This document shows, one piece after another, positions 14,794 to 31,750 of a DNA stretch of 64,000 nt; position 1 is the stretch's first letter; the number at the start of each line of letters is the position of its first letter. The stretch is from Eledone cirrhosa (Eukaryota). The DNA lies in assembly GCA_964016885.1 (NCBI GenBank), contig OZ024742.1:88660001-88724000 (forward strand), in the 5' to 3' direction. Position numbers and translations under genes: made by a program. A model generated the notes under the pieces. The model had not been told where the DNA came from. It saw nothing but the letters and a program-made list of their open reading frames with translations, and searched no databases.

Positions 14794-15968
14794 TAATAAT
14801 AATAATTATTATTATTTCTGTATTAACCACAAGGGTTTACATAACGTAGACATTAAGGACAGTACAGGGCAATACAAGACGGACAAATGGGCATTTCTGC
14901 GTGTAAAAAAACAAAAACAGAGGATGTAACAAAAAAATAACAATGAAAAGTTCCCCAATAGGGGGGAGACTTCGGAGGGACATTTGTAGAGAAAGCCCAT
15001 TAAAAGGCCACATTGACCCAGACTAGCAGGACAAGTGCCCTCTCCCAGTTTTCCACCTTTAATTTACAGACACATACTCAGAGTAGGCCCATTCACTAGG
15101 GCCATACTTGCTTCTCTCACCCATCTTTCAACAAAATGCTGGGAATAGAGCACTTCCCTCTCTACCCTGATTTTCCTTTTCAAATGATATTTGAAAAAGT
15201 TAATCAGGGCATCACCGAAGAGGTAAGTGCTGGTCTTGAGCCCTTTCAAACGTGTCCACCATACTATCTCTTTCGCCATGGCCACCAGACAGATAAAATC
15301 TGCCTGCCCATCCCGGCTAAAGGAAGTGGTGGTGGTGGGGGCAATCCTCACGATGGACTCAGCTGATATCTGGATCCGTCCTACACATGACAGCAGGTGT
15401 TCGACATAAACCAACAAGTCAGCAATGCTCGTATACTGGACGATTGCGTGCAGGACGGTTTCGTCGCCCTGCGCGCATCTAGAACATGCACCGCTGATGG
15501 CACCTCCATGCCTGTAGAGTTTATCCCGAACTGGCAAAGCTCCTCGGTAGCACTGCCAGGCCAGGGATTTCTGGAAGTTGTCCATAGGCCCCGGCCCTAA
15601 AGTGCTTCTGATGAGATTGGCTAGTTGATTTTCGTCGACACCTAGAGTTTTTCAAGTACGGCGTGGTTCTTCCCCGCCACTAATACTTTGGTGAAATTTC
15701 AACCGATCACATTGCCTTATTGGTCGAGGGCTGTGAGCGCCTGAAGACATTCCAGTCTCCAAGCGCTCCCTCTCGGTCTTCACTTGACCCAGGACTGCAG
15801 CTCTGTCAAGGAGACGAGCTGGGTAAAGACGGGTCTAGCAAACGGCGACCACAACTGATCACCGTCGAGGAAGAGGTGGAGTTGTCGCAGCCTGAGCGCG
15901 TGTCTACGCATTAGCAGCCACGGCATGCCCAGCCCTCCACGTTTCGGGTGTTCGACCGCCTAACCAAA
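14755..15968 (-). mobile_element. Tx1/L1-like LINE 3' end (ORF2 C-terminus, 3'UTR, TAA/TTA microsatellite junction)
   Basis: MDNFQKSLAWQCYRGALPVR and C-terminal zinc finger CSRC..ETVLHA (15064-15585), plus GGLGMPWLLMRRHALRLR. Clearly homologous to 36930-38070. Confidence 0.9.
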
Positions 15969-15969
15969 T

Positions 15970-17722
15970 TGTAGACAAAAACACCCTCCTCCTCGTGAGA
16001 GGGGTCTTTCTGCACGTTATTTGGCCCTTCGTGGTTAAATAACCGCTTATTGGGGTTTTGTGCACAATATTTATTTTAAACCAAAAATAAACATGGCTAC
16101 TAAAAAGAATTTTCACAAATCACTCCCACTCATTCCGTCTTCTTCTTCCTTAATCGTCACTACAGCAGAGAGAAGATTGTCTCTCTCCCTCCCTTCTCTA
16201 AATGTGTCTCTCTCCCACCCTTCTCGTTCGCAAGCGACGCCAGTAAAGGAAAATAGTTTACAAAATCACGTGCAAAGCATGGAACATATCTCCACGACGA
16301 CGACAACGACAAAAAAGGTGTGCGGGAAATACGAAAACCCATTTCATTCGTCTGACGTCATGAATAATAGCAGTAGCAGCCGTAATAACAGCAGCAGCAG
16401 CAACTGTGACAAGGAAAACAACAGTAGCAGCCGCAACAGCATCAGCAGCAGTATAAACAACAACAGCATTAGCAGCAACAGCAACAACAACAACAGCAGC
16501 AGCAGCAACAACAACAACGACCACAGCAACAGCGGCGGTTGAAGGAGTCGTAGTACCTGCAGCAACAACAAAAGTAACAGCAGCTCTGACGACAACAACA
16601 ACAACAACAACAACAGTAGCAAAGAAAAACCAATCTCATTTGCAGGTATCGCAAAGAACCTGGAAACCATCCTCATAAAAAATGAGGAATTACAGGAAGC
16701 GAAGAAGATGGTGACGAAATCCGGACACCGAGCAATCTGCAAGGCAGCCCAAACATTTTTCGAAACCCAACAACACTGTACGGTCACGTACCGTACAGTA
16801 AGCATAAAATAACCGTAGGGTTGAAAGAGCCACAGAGGCTCAAATACAAAAAGCCTTGGGGTCTGTGTGGCAGCGTAAAACGCATATCACCCGAGGCAAG
16901 AAATATGCCACCGTAGACGTGCTTTTTGCCACACGCCAGGAGGCAAAGGCTCAATCCTTAGTGACCCTAAGGAGCGAGAAAATGGTGTTGGTGCCCTCCT
17001 ACTGTGGGCAAACAATTGTGAGGGTCAATCTGACCCACGTCCCCCCAGGGATGGCCCCTTCTGGTTGGCCGCGTCTGTCTTCGTCGGAATCGAGGAAAAA
17101 ACAACTGTACTGCAAGTACAGAAAAGAGTAAGAGAAGATTGGGTCGGCACCTCCATTGAGATATTAATCCAAACCAACCAGGAGTGCATCGAAGCTATCC
17201 CGGATGTGATAAACTTCGATAACGGCACTCAACTGCCCATAAGTGTTGAGGGCAAACGCCCGAAATGCTTTCGCTGTGGATCGAAGACTCACCTCAGGGC
17301 CTTCTGCAACGAGATGACCCTGAGAAAGGAGAACACCCCCCTCCTTCCGAAACCGGCTCCACTGCTACCAGCAACAGGACAAGCGGCAACCAGGAACGAT
17401 AGGTCCGTGGCACCCTTACCCGCGCCACGGAAATCAAGAACAGCAGCAGCAGTGGAAGTATTAACAACAACAACAGTAATACCAACTGCAGCTCCAACAG
17501 AGACTCCACTGCAAACATCACCAACAACAACAAGTGAAAGAATGGAGCTGGTACCCCTCCCCAACCTCACAGAATCAGACATGTATTGTGAGGTGGGAGA
17601 GGGATGGCAAAAGGTCGCAAGAAGGCACAAACGCAGAAGCAGCGCATCGTCACATTCGAAAAGGGAGGAAAGAAATGAAAAAAGGGTAATGGCTACTGCA
17701 AAGACACTCACAGCAGCAACAC
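15970..17722 (+). mobile_element. Tx1/L1-like LINE 5' part (5'UTR + disrupted ORF1), opposite orientation to the flanking ORF2
   Basis: ATG at 16093, a low-complexity region, RGKKYATVDVLF..PSYCGQ, and the CCHC knuckle RPKCFRCGSKTHLRAFC (17065-17736 ORF). It ends abruptly at the ORF2(-) junction. Confidence 0.85.
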
Positions 17723-19978
17723 AACCAGACCCCTAGCAATTTAACCAGTCCGTCCAGCGTCCGACGACGCTGTTGGACGGCATGGACCTGCCTCTCCAGG
17801 TACCGAGCTGCAGGCCCATTGACTTTTCCTGGTTGATGATTGCTCCTGTCACCGCTTCGTATTCTCTTAGTGTAGTGCCGATCGCCTCGATGTGTTTGGC
17901 GTTCGACACCACTACGGTGACATCGTCCGCATATGCTGACACGGATCTTTCGCATCCTAGTTCGCGCGAGACATCCCTCAACGTCTCCAGTTTGTGCAGT
18001 AATGGCTCGATATTCAATACGTACAAGAGGGACGAGAGGGGACATCATTGGCGGACCGAGCGCATGATGTTGAACGGTTCCGAAAGGTGACCGTTCACTC
18101 TCACCACAGAGCAGATGTCGCTGTGCATGGCAGCGATCCAGCCTCTGATGACGAGCCCAAAGCCAGCCGCCCTCAGGACTGCCGCTAGGTAACGATGGTC
18201 GACCCTATCGAAAGCTTTCGACTAATCTAAATTGATCAAGGACCCACCCGCGCCAGGTTCCCTAGCTACCCTCTCTACGATGTATCGCATGAGGTGGAAT
18301 GTCGTGGATGGATCTGTCGCGAATGGCGCATGTCTGCGCCTCTTCCACCAGACCACCAACGACAAGCGCCAAACTCTTTGCTAGCACCTTGGCCAAAATC
18401 TTGAACTCTGTGTTTAGCTGAGTTATGGGCCTGAAATTATCTATGTTATCCCCCTTGTTCGGATCCTATCTCAGCAGTGCCACCGCTCCTCGGCTCACAT
18501 AACTGGGAATTTTCCCGTTCTGTTGGCAGTTGCAGTAGACGTCCGCCAAGAGGCCTCCGAAAAAGTCTGGCATCTGTACGTAAAGTTCATAGGTCAGACC
18601 ATCCAAACCAGGCGTTTTACCCCTTGTGCAGCCAGTCATTGCCTCCCTTACTTCAGCGGCTGTTATCGGCTTTTCGCAACACTCCTCGTAAGTGGCCGAG
18701 AGCCGCGGCAGTCCGTCGTGGTAGACACTAAAGCCCATCCCTCGACCCGGCCCACCGCTGCCCCCGAACAGCTGAGCGAAGTGTCGCTGAAAAGCTTCAC
18801 ACATTTGGCCGGGATCGAGTAGCATGCGCCCCACGTGGTCCACCAAAGACCGGATAGTGGCTTTGTTGCCACGACGCGCCTCCGCCACTCGGGCCCATTG
18901 AACTGCTTTCGTCCCCTCGTGTTTCAGAGCACGCACCCTAGCTCTGATAACGCAGCCTTCAAGCTTTGCAGTGAAGAATTGGTCAAGGGCCAATTTCGCC
19001 GCAAGCACGTCGGTCGCAATGCTTTGCTAAGCGCCTCGTCTAATTTTCTAACTAGTTCTCCCTCTGCTCTATTTTTCTCTATTGCTAAAGCCTTACTAAA
19101 ACTAATGGACTTTATTCTAATCGCTCTTTTCAGAGCAAACCACCACTTGTTGTTGACGATGGCCCCCGTCAACGCCGCTTGACTAGTTCACTAATCCGGT
19201 CTCTGTAGGCCTTGCGCGCTGGTAAGGACGCGTTTAGCTTCCAGTAGCCGGGACCTCGTCTATGAAGCCTATCTAAGTCAAGCACACAGATCACCAATTT
19301 GTGGTCCGTGTAGCTGACTAACTTGAATTGTGGACAGCCTATGCTAGACCTATCTATTTCCCTACAAAATACTCTATCTAGATATGATATGGATGACCCT
19401 ATGCGATTTGTCCAAGTCCACATTGGCATATTCGGGAAATCCAATCGGTACCTGTCAGACAGTTCAAAACGACTGAGCAGGTTGGTGAGGCTCTTGCACC
19501 CTCCACCCCTATCCGCTAATCCCACACAGCCCCAGCGTGAATCTAAGATCTCGTTCCAGTCGCCCACTAACACTAAAGAGCGGGACGTTCCAAGAAAGGT
19601 ATCCAGACGCCGGAAGAAATCAGACCGCCCTGCTCCTGTCGGGGCATAGACGGCCACTAGCCTGCAAGCTTGCCCGTCTCTGCAGGTCACGTCCAGCACC
19701 ACCAACTTACCTTCTGGGTCCAGGAAGATGGCCCGTATGGCAAGATCCAAACCTCTCCGAAAAAGCACAGCAAATCCCCCCGATCCCGGACGGCTGGGAG
19801 ATGCGTACACATCGTATTCGCCGAAGATCGGTGCGAAGGCCTGTGCTTCGGAGATTCTGGTCTCGCTGATGGCCACTACAACTATGTTTAGTGACCTGAG
19901 GTCGTTGAGCAGGTGGCCCTGCTTCCATGACGACCCCAAGCCGCGTGCATTTATGCTGCCTATTCCGAATGACGTCAT
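17723..19978 (-). pseudogene. Tx1/L1-like ORF2 (APE endonuclease + RT), frameshifted
   Basis: GSINARGL, SET, GDWN, YLDR, TDH (APE); KTPGLDG, FRPITQLN, AFDRVDH, SAYADD (RT). Ends at VKLLGVW. Confidence 0.93.
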
Positions 19979-21334
19979 GTTGAAAAGGAGTGGAAAAGAT
20001 GGGAAAGACCACCTACCTTACTTCTCGTAGGGGAAGGACGGTTTTTCCATCCTTTTCACTGCTTGTGGCCACCTCAGGAAGGATGTCCTTATAAATCCTC
20101 CTGGAGAGTGCTTGTCGGAATTCTCCGATGTCTATGGGGAATTTTTGTTTTAGTGTCATGTACGTTTTCTGTGTGATGCGAGTGATTTGTATGTGTGGAG
20201 GTGGTGTGAATTTTTGGGTTGCTGTGTAGTCTTTTTCTGTGATGCTGGTGTTTTGTTGGATGTAGTGTAATAATTGCTTGTTGTTCACATTTAATGCTGT
20301 GTAGTGTGTATCGTTTTGGTTGTTTTGTTTTGTTTGCGTTTGTTGTGGGTTTGTTTCTGTTTCGCATTTTGGTGACTTTTGTGGTGTAGGTGATGGTGGT
20401 GTTGGGGTTAATGATGGTGATGGTGTTGGTGTTTGGGTTGATGGGGTTGGTGATGCTGGTGTGGATGGTGGCATATCTGTCCTAACATTTTTGTTTCTTA
20501 GTTTATTTGTTTCCCTCTGTATTTTGTTTTTGGAGGGGGAAGGAAGAGAATTTTTTTCTTTTTTGGTTTCTTTTTTTTTCCTGATACCGTTTCCCACTCC
20601 TCGTCGTTACAATCTGTCTCCAGTTGTGATAGGCCGGGAGTGGAAAATCCTCCACAGGCGTTAGTTTTGGTTTTGGCGTGGTGGATGGTGTAGGCGCTGG
20701 TGCTAGTTATGAAGCGTTGGGTGGTGGTGGTGTTGGTTTTGCTGGTGGTGGTGGTGTTGGTTTTGCTACTGTTGCTGGGGTTGTTGCTGTTATAGTTGCT
20801 TCTGTTGTTGCTGCTACAGTTGTTGCTGCTATCTCTGCTACTGGTGGTGTTGATGGTTGAGTTACTGGGGTGGGTAGGAGAGGTGGCCTCAACCTTTTAG
20901 CCTGAGGGCAGAAAGCCCTTAGGTGGGTTACTTCACCACAAACGACACACCTAGGCCTTCTGCCCTCGACAAATACGGTGAGGTGGCTGCAGTCAGTGAG
21001 GTCTATTAGCTCTGGGATCTCCTCAATGCTTTTTTGGTCCGCTTGGATCAGGAGCTCCATCCCAGATCCGGACCAGTTCTCCTGCTTTTCTTTTGCTATT
21101 GCTATTATCTTTGTGTTGCATTCGATGCCGGCGAGGATGGCCTCTATTAGCCAGGGAATTTCGATGGCCGGTGGAACGTGGGTCACCCTGATCTTTACGA
21201 GTCTCTGACCACAATAGCTTGGGACGAGTGTGAAGTCGTCACTTCTTAATGGGGCCATAGAGTGTTCTCTAGCCTCCTCTGGTGTTTCAAATAACACGTC
21301 CACGGTTCCATACTTCTGCCCACGTCTGATGTGT
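19979..21334 (-). pseudogene. Tx1/L1-like ORF1 (5'-truncated), same element as the ORF2 at 17723-19978
   Basis: RGQKYGTVDVLFETPEEA..PSYCGQRLV, CCHC knuckle RPRCVVCGEVTHLRAFC, and a Pro/Thr-rich linker. Confidence 0.88.
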
Positions 21335-24300
21335 CATTGAAAACGAGGTAAACTGTAACACCTCGAAACCCAGGGTTGGGGCGGAATCACTGGCAACAGA
21401 ACAAATTAAAGAAAGGATCGAAAAAGTGGAGGGAGTGCATGCTCAAGATGAAACTCCAAATGAAGATAATGGGATCGTAAATGATAAAGAAATGAATGAG
21501 AATGAACTTGACAACTTGAACGATGAAATTATGATCGAATGGATGAAAATGAAAGAATCTGACATGGGACAACGAGACACACTCCCTAAGATCCAGAACT
21601 CCAAAAGAACCAAAAGATAATACCCAAGACTAACATAATTCTCAAAAACATTATGATCACAAACAAACTAAACATTACTGATCTAAATCATCTCTATTAT
21701 GCATCGGCTCAAGTCACCACTCACTTATGTGGAGTGAAGATGAAAAAACAAAGGAATTCCCACAAGAAATCTACTTGGCAAGAGAACATCAATCGCCAAA
21801 TAAACCTTCTCCGATCTGACATAGAAATTTTAACAAACTATAAAGTAGGTGAATATGTTAAACAAACTAAACTTAGAAAATTGAAAAAAAAGTACAGCAT
21901 AAAATCAACATGTGACATAGACATGCTGATAGAAATAATCAAGCAAAAAGTGTCGGCCAAAGCTTCTCGTATAAGGCGCTTTGAAAAACGATCTAGATTC
22001 TATAAGGACAATAATATGTTCAAAAACAACCAAGGAAACTTCTACAGAAAAATTGGTAAGTCGACAATAACTGCTAAATCAATACCTCCCAAGGAGGAAG
22101 TGCAAGAATTCTGGGAAAAGATCTGGGCCGAAGAAAAAGTTCATAACATACATGCCCGATGGATAGACAGACAAATGAAAGATACAGCTCACCTTGAGGA
22201 ACAAACATGGGAAAATATAACAGTTGAACAGTTGCGCTTGGCTCTAAGAAAAACCAGCAAATGGAAATCCCCAGGAAAAGACAAAATACAAAACTTTTGG
22301 ATAAATGCCTTCACAGAGTCTCATGAGCTGTTAGCCCAACTTTACAATGAAATAATTAAGGAGCCAGAAAAGATACCATCATGGCTAGTTAACGGCATTA
22401 CATTCCTGCTTCCGAAGAATGATGAGACAAACAATCCCAAAAATTACAGACCGATAACTTGCTTGACCACAATGTATAACATTTTAACATCAGTCCTAAC
22501 TGAATACACATATGACCACCTGATAACAAATGACCTATTTCCCATTGAGCAGAAAGGGTGTAAACGAGGCTCATATGGCTGTAAGGATCAGCTTCTGGTT
22601 AACAAAATGATACTGGAAGATTGTCATAATAGACACAAAAATCTATCGATTGCTTGGATAGATTATAAAAAGGCATTCGATAGTTTGCCACACAGTTGGA
22701 TTGAAAAATGTTTAGAGATTTTCAAAATATCCCCCGTCGTCAGGAGGTTTTTGTCATTCAGTATGAAGACATGGAAAACGACACTCCTTTTGAATAGTGA
22801 AACAGAATCACTGGAAGCTGGAGAACTTAATATTAATTCTGGAATTTTTCAGGGTGACTCTTTATCACCGCTTTTATTCTGCATCGCACTTATACCATTA
22901 AGTTAAAATGCTCAATGAAACAAAACATGGATATAAAGTCTATCACAAAACCATTAATCACCTGTTCTACATGGATGACCTGAAACTATTTGCAATAAAT
23001 GATGAACAATTGCAAGGGCTATTATCCACTGTGAAGCAGTTTAGTGATGACATTAAAATGGAGTTTGGACTAGATAAATGCGCCAAAGCAACGTTCACCA
23101 GATGAAAGCTGCTAAAGAGTTCAGACATTAATCTTGATAGGGGGAACGTGATAAGAGAACTTGATCAAGAAAAAACTTACAAATATCTAGGTGTTTGTGA
23201 AGGAGACGGAATCAAGCACTCGACAATGAGGGAAAGGATAAGGAAGGAATGTTACCGCAGAGTAAGAGCAATCTTAAGAACGGAATTGAATGCAAGGAAT
23301 AGGATCGATACCATAAACACGCTTGCCATACCAGTAATAACCTACAGGTACAATGTCATCAACTGGTCAAGCACAGAGATCCGTAGGCTCGATACAAAAA
23401 TTCGAAAATTCTTAACCATGCACAGAATGCATCAACCTAAGGCAGATATAGATAGAATATATCTCCCTAGGAAAGAAGGAGGACGTAGGTTAATCCAGTT
23501 ACACATTGCGTTGAAAACTGAAACAATTGGATTATCTACATAATTGGATGATCAAACTCGTTTTGAAACACGAAAGCATCAAAAGATCATATTCCATTAC
23601 AAAAGATGCACAAAGATACAGTAATGACTACAAATTTCAGAAGTCCCATTTACTGCTGAAATGGAAAACACAGAAAAAGCAAAGCAGGTAAAAGTAACTG
23701 CAAAGAAAGAACTGCTACAGAAACTGGCTAAGAAATGGCAAGAAAAGCCTCTGTATGGAAAATACCCAGAGCGAGCTAACAATCCTGATGTTGACAAAAC
23801 TTTACCCCATCAGTGGTTGGCCTCCTCTGGACTGAAATCGGAGACTGAAGGACTGATTATATCGGCACAAGATCAGTGTCTGCCAACAAAAAAATTACCA
23901 CCCAACATAATAAAAAATGGGTGCAGCCCATTATGCCGTGTATGCAAAAAACAACCAGAGACCATTGACCATATAATTTCAATGTGCAGTCCTATAGCTC
24001 CAACCGAATACCTAAACAGGCATGACAGAGCTGCACAATACATACACTGGATAATGTGTAAGCATTTTGACCTGCCCCATCAAAAGAATTGGTGGGAGCA
24101 TCAACCACCTCCCATACTTGAAAAAGATCACATCTCAATCTTGTGGAACTTTAGCATCCAAACAGACCGAAAAATAGATGCAAAGAGACCTGATATAATA
24201 TTGAAGGACTTTCAAAAGAGGGTATGCCTGCTAATTGATATGTCTGTTCCAATAGACAAGAATGTATCTATAAAAACATTTGAAAAACTGAGCAAGTATA

Positions 24301-24645
24301 AGGACCTGGAGATAGAAATTGGAAAAATGTGGAAATTGAGAACTAAAACAATACCAGTGGTTGTAGGCGCTCTGGGAATGATACCTAAGGGGGTCTAATG
24401 ATTACTTATCGCAAATCCCAGGAAACCCGCGTATAGGAGCCAATACAAAAGATAGTACTAATGGGAACTGCCCATATACTAAGGAAGATTCTGTCAATAT
24501 ACGTACATCACAAGTCTAAACACTAAAGATGCATGTGTGAATATGTATGTTCTTTCTTGAACATGGCGGACCTTGTTGTCTCTTGAGGTCACTAGTTGTG
24601 ACTTGGTGATAACTCGTATGAACATAAAGCAAGATAAATGCAACT

Positions 24646-24679
<34 letters not shown>
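21335..24679 (+). mobile_element. R4/Dong-clade non-LTR retrotransposon (RT + restriction-like endonuclease), 5'-truncated, with stops/frameshifts
   Basis: WKSPGKD, YRPITCL, EQKGC, IDYKKAFDS, GIFQGDSLSPLLF and YMDD (RT). CRVC..ETIDHIISMC, RHD, RPD..D and KLSKY (RLE). (TAA)n tail at 24647-24679, typical of Dong. Confidence 0.93.
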
Positions 24680-24707
<28 letters not shown>

Positions 24708-24784
24708 AAGAAGAAAAAGAAAAAGAAGAAGAAGAAGAAGAAGAAGAAGAAGAAGAAGAAGAAGAAGAAGAAGAAGAAGAAGAA
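24647..24784. repeat. (TAA)n-(AAG)n compound microsatellite
   Basis: Read directly. Confidence 0.97.
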
Positions 24785-25620
24785 ATTATAGGGCTTTCTT
24801 AATTAGTTACTAAAACAAGTATATTCAATTCTCATAAAATATATGAAACGTAAAAACAGGATTCTTAAAAAGACATGTAGCGTATAAAATGACGTGTAAT
24901 GTCATTATACAATATATTAATGGAATAATATCATTTCTTCGAATTTTGTTTCCATCTCCTCGTTGACCACTACATAGTTCTAAAGGTCTTCTCGATATTC
25001 ATAAACTCCCTGTATAAGTTGTTTTTGGTTTTCCAAGCAATATAAACAAGTCAGTACATTTTATAGCGATGTTGGTTTCCCAATAAAGGGTTATAATCCA
25101 TCAGAGCATATGGGATACAGCACACCCGAAAGATCCTCTACTAGTATTTCCTAACTGAGTGTGCAATCATTTTATATGTATATACTATTAAAGTTTGGAT
25201 CCGAGGAACCATTTCCAGCTCACCTTTGTTTCCGTCAGATCTCAAATCTACATGGGCTTGGCTTGAAATAAATCCTTCTGTATCATTCGCTTCTTGTGTT
25301 ATCAGCTGTGTTTTTTTTACTGTCAGACACCTGCTTCTCATAATACATTCTTACAGAGATTGCAGCTTTAGCAATAATATACCAATCAGTTAGATGATTT
25401 TAAATTATTTAGAACTATTTAACTAGAGTGTACGGCTCTTTTGATCCAATTGTGAACATGTACACATACAGATCTTCGTATAGAAATATATAAAAAAACA
25501 AACACACCACATAGAGGCACATATGCACACCTATATTAGTGTATACTGATATACGTGCATATACACATATAGAGGACTGTGTGTACATATATATATATAC
25601 ACAGACATATATCGTATTAT

Positions 25621-25996
25621 AATAATTGTTTCTACTTTTGGGACAAGGCCAGCAAGTATCCAGTACATTACTGCTACTTTATTTTATCGAGCCCGTAATG
25701 ATGAAAGGCAAAATTTACCTCGGCGGGATTTGAACTCAGCACCGAAAGTGGCATAACTCTATGCTGCAAAGCATGGCGTCAGATCTTCTACCGATACTGC
25801 CAATCCACTGTATTATAATAATTGTTTCTACTTTTGGCACAAGGCCAGCAATTATCCCAGTGTATTACTGGTACTTTATTTTATCGACCCCGTAAGGATG
25901 AAAGGCAAAGTTAACCTCGGCGGGATTTGAACTCAGACCATAAAGGGCCGTAACTCTTTGTTGCAAACATGGCGTCCCACTCTCTACCGATACTAA
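25621..25996 (-). mobile_element. Two tandem tRNA-derived SINE copies (25621-25810, 25817-25996)
   Basis: Each has GGATTTGAACTC (B-box, reverse complement), CTACCGATACT (A-box, reverse complement) and the family core. Confidence 0.88.
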
Positions 25997-27028
25997 TAAC
26001 AGGTAAAAATAATATGTGAAAAGGATATATGTCAGTTGAGTCGTTTTATATATGTGTTGTGTTGCACACACACACTCCACATTCTTACCCACTCATACAT
26101 ATAGAAAAGTAAAGTACACAATATCTCTTTCTAAATATCACCAGATATGAAGTCTAGAATTTCAAAGTGCATTAAATCCAACACGTAACAATTTTATTTT
26201 TCATGGAAGTTTCATTTGTATATATTTGCATATGCATTTCAGCTCATTATGTGCGGCAATGTCACCGCGGTATGTTGTAAAAACCTTTCTGAATATCAGG
26301 AAATTATGCACTTAAAATAATTCATGTTATTTCAATTTCACAATATATATTTATGTAATGCTTCCCAGTAGATTCCATACTCCTTTGTTTTTGACAAGAT
26401 CGGGTGTAACTACGATCGTAGTCACCAATTTTCTGATACATAGTCAGGATTGCATCCTTAGATATTTTAAACAAATTTCTTTCTTTCTTACTCGAGCATA
26501 ATATTCATCAATGCTTTGAATATGTATGAAACCGTTATATAAAAGGGTATTAGAATAATTATTCTAATACTATTAAGCGAATGCATCGCCTGCTGCAGTC
26601 TCCTTCTCCCTGATATTTCCTTCACTCTGCATATATATACACCCGGCACACACACACATAAACAAACATAAACAATATACATATATTTATGTATGTCCGT
26701 GTATGTGAGTGTGTGGGTGTGTATATACGTATTTAATAAATATGTATATATATATATATATATAAACGGAAAAAATGAAACGATATTTCATTTCCCAATC
26801 TTAGTACGGCTGCTACTTAAATATAAGTATGTACACGTACATACATATATGTATACTGACATACAGTAGTATGTATATATATATACATACATGCACACAT
26901 ATCTATATGTACGTATGGATTCACGGAACATTTATTATAATGCTCGGTGTGTTTGTAAACAAGCATCCCGTGTTAAGCCGTAGTGTCTAGCAAGCACCGT
27001 TGCTGGTTTGTTCAACATTGACAAAGGA

Positions 27029-27071
27029 ACGCTGTACTAGTTTCAAGCTTGTTAGCTATCGTCAGCAACGT
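27029..27071 (-). ncRNA. Minimal type I hammerhead ribozyme (family C)
   Basis: ACGUUG-CUGACGA-U-AGCU AACA AGCU-U-GAAA-CUAG-UA-CAGCGU. Intact core, 6-bp stem I, palindromic stem III (ACUAGU), GUA site. Confidence 0.85.
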
Positions 27072-27174
27072 ATACCTTCCTGCCAGATTGTTGAACGTAT
27101 ATAGTTACCTTATGCATATTAACGGCTCAGTAGCCCAATTTGCATATCGAGTGGTTTAATCGGCAGGAAGGTAT

Positions 27175-27217
27175 ACGTTGCTGACGATAGCTAACAAGCT
27201 TCAAACTAGTACAGCGT
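27175..27217 (+). ncRNA. Hammerhead copy (family C) with G12C core mutation
   Basis: Same motif but CAAA replaces GAAA; predicted inactive. Confidence 0.75.
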
Positions 27218-27422
27218 TCCTTTGTCAATGTTGAACAAACGAGCAACAGTGGTTGCTAGACACTACGGCTTAATACGGGATGTTTGTTTACAAACACACC
27301 GAGCATTATAATAAATGCTCGGTGAATCCATAAGTGCATATATATATATATGTGTGCATGTATGTATATATATATACATACTACTGTATGTCTGTATACA
27401 TATATGTATATACGTGTACATA

Positions 27423-27504
<82 letters not shown>

Positions 27505-27552
27505 CTATATATATATATATATATATATATATTATCTATATATATATATATG

Positions 27553-27628
<76 letters not shown>

Positions 27629-27649
27629 TATATATCTATCTATCTATAT

Positions 27650-30960
<3,311 letters not shown>

Positions 30961-30979
30961 TCATTCAGTAGCCAGCAAA

Positions 30980-31086
30980 CTGATTGGCCAGTCTGCTGAT
31001 ATGCAAATCTGGCTGATTAGTGGATCTGCTAATATGCAGATCTGACTGATCAGCCTGTCTGCTAATAGGCAAATCAGGTCGATCAG
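30980..31086. repeat. 33-bp tandem repeat x3 (11-aa repeat on the minus strand)
   Basis: CTGAT-starting units at 30980, 31013 and 31046, partial at 31079; DLPISRQADQS / DLHISRSTNQP / DLHISRLANQ. Confidence 0.8.
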
Positions 31087-31716
31087 TAACTGTGTATTTT
31101 TGAAAATAGCATATATTTTCACTAGTTCTGAGAGTTTGGCAGGTGAACAGGGAGAGGTACTGATGAAGGGTGATACCCAGAAACATTAGTGTCTGCAGTT
31201 CTGTTCACAGAAGAGAAAGAATGAAGGGTTCATTCTACTGACATGGCTATAAAATTGAGGCTTGTTTGCATAATTGCAAACGAACCAAATGTTATTAAAA
31301 TTCGAAAAACTCAGATTACATTTATCGTATTCAGCCATGTAGAGAGAACATTTTCTTTTTTTATTTATATATATATTACATATATATCCCATAAGTCCTT
31401 GTCAAGTCGTATAAGCACCGTCAAACGTGGTGTCTAGAGCACCGATGTAAACTTTTCATTTCATTCATTCGAGGTGGATAAGGAAGTATCAGTTTAGTAT
31501 GGGGCCGATTCATTCTCTGTATCTCATTCATACTTCACTGGAAGAACTCTGATGTATCAAGCCCTACTCAAGGGGTGGGCTCCTCTTGGTTTCAGAATGC
31601 GCTAGAAATGCCATATGTCAATACATATGTCAATACGACTCCTTCAAGAGTTACCTGACCAACAATAATACACAAACGTACACACACACACACACATACA
31701 CACACACATATATATA

Positions 31717-31748
<32 letters not shown>

Positions 31749-31750
<2 letters not shown>

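Larger units (their letters stand above)
26764..27429. mobile_element. Non-coding HHR-bearing element (family C), fold-back insertion
   Basis: Inverted arms ~26821-27084 and 27162-27429, (TA)n on both sides. A homologous linear copy lies at 63301-63857. Confidence 0.85.
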
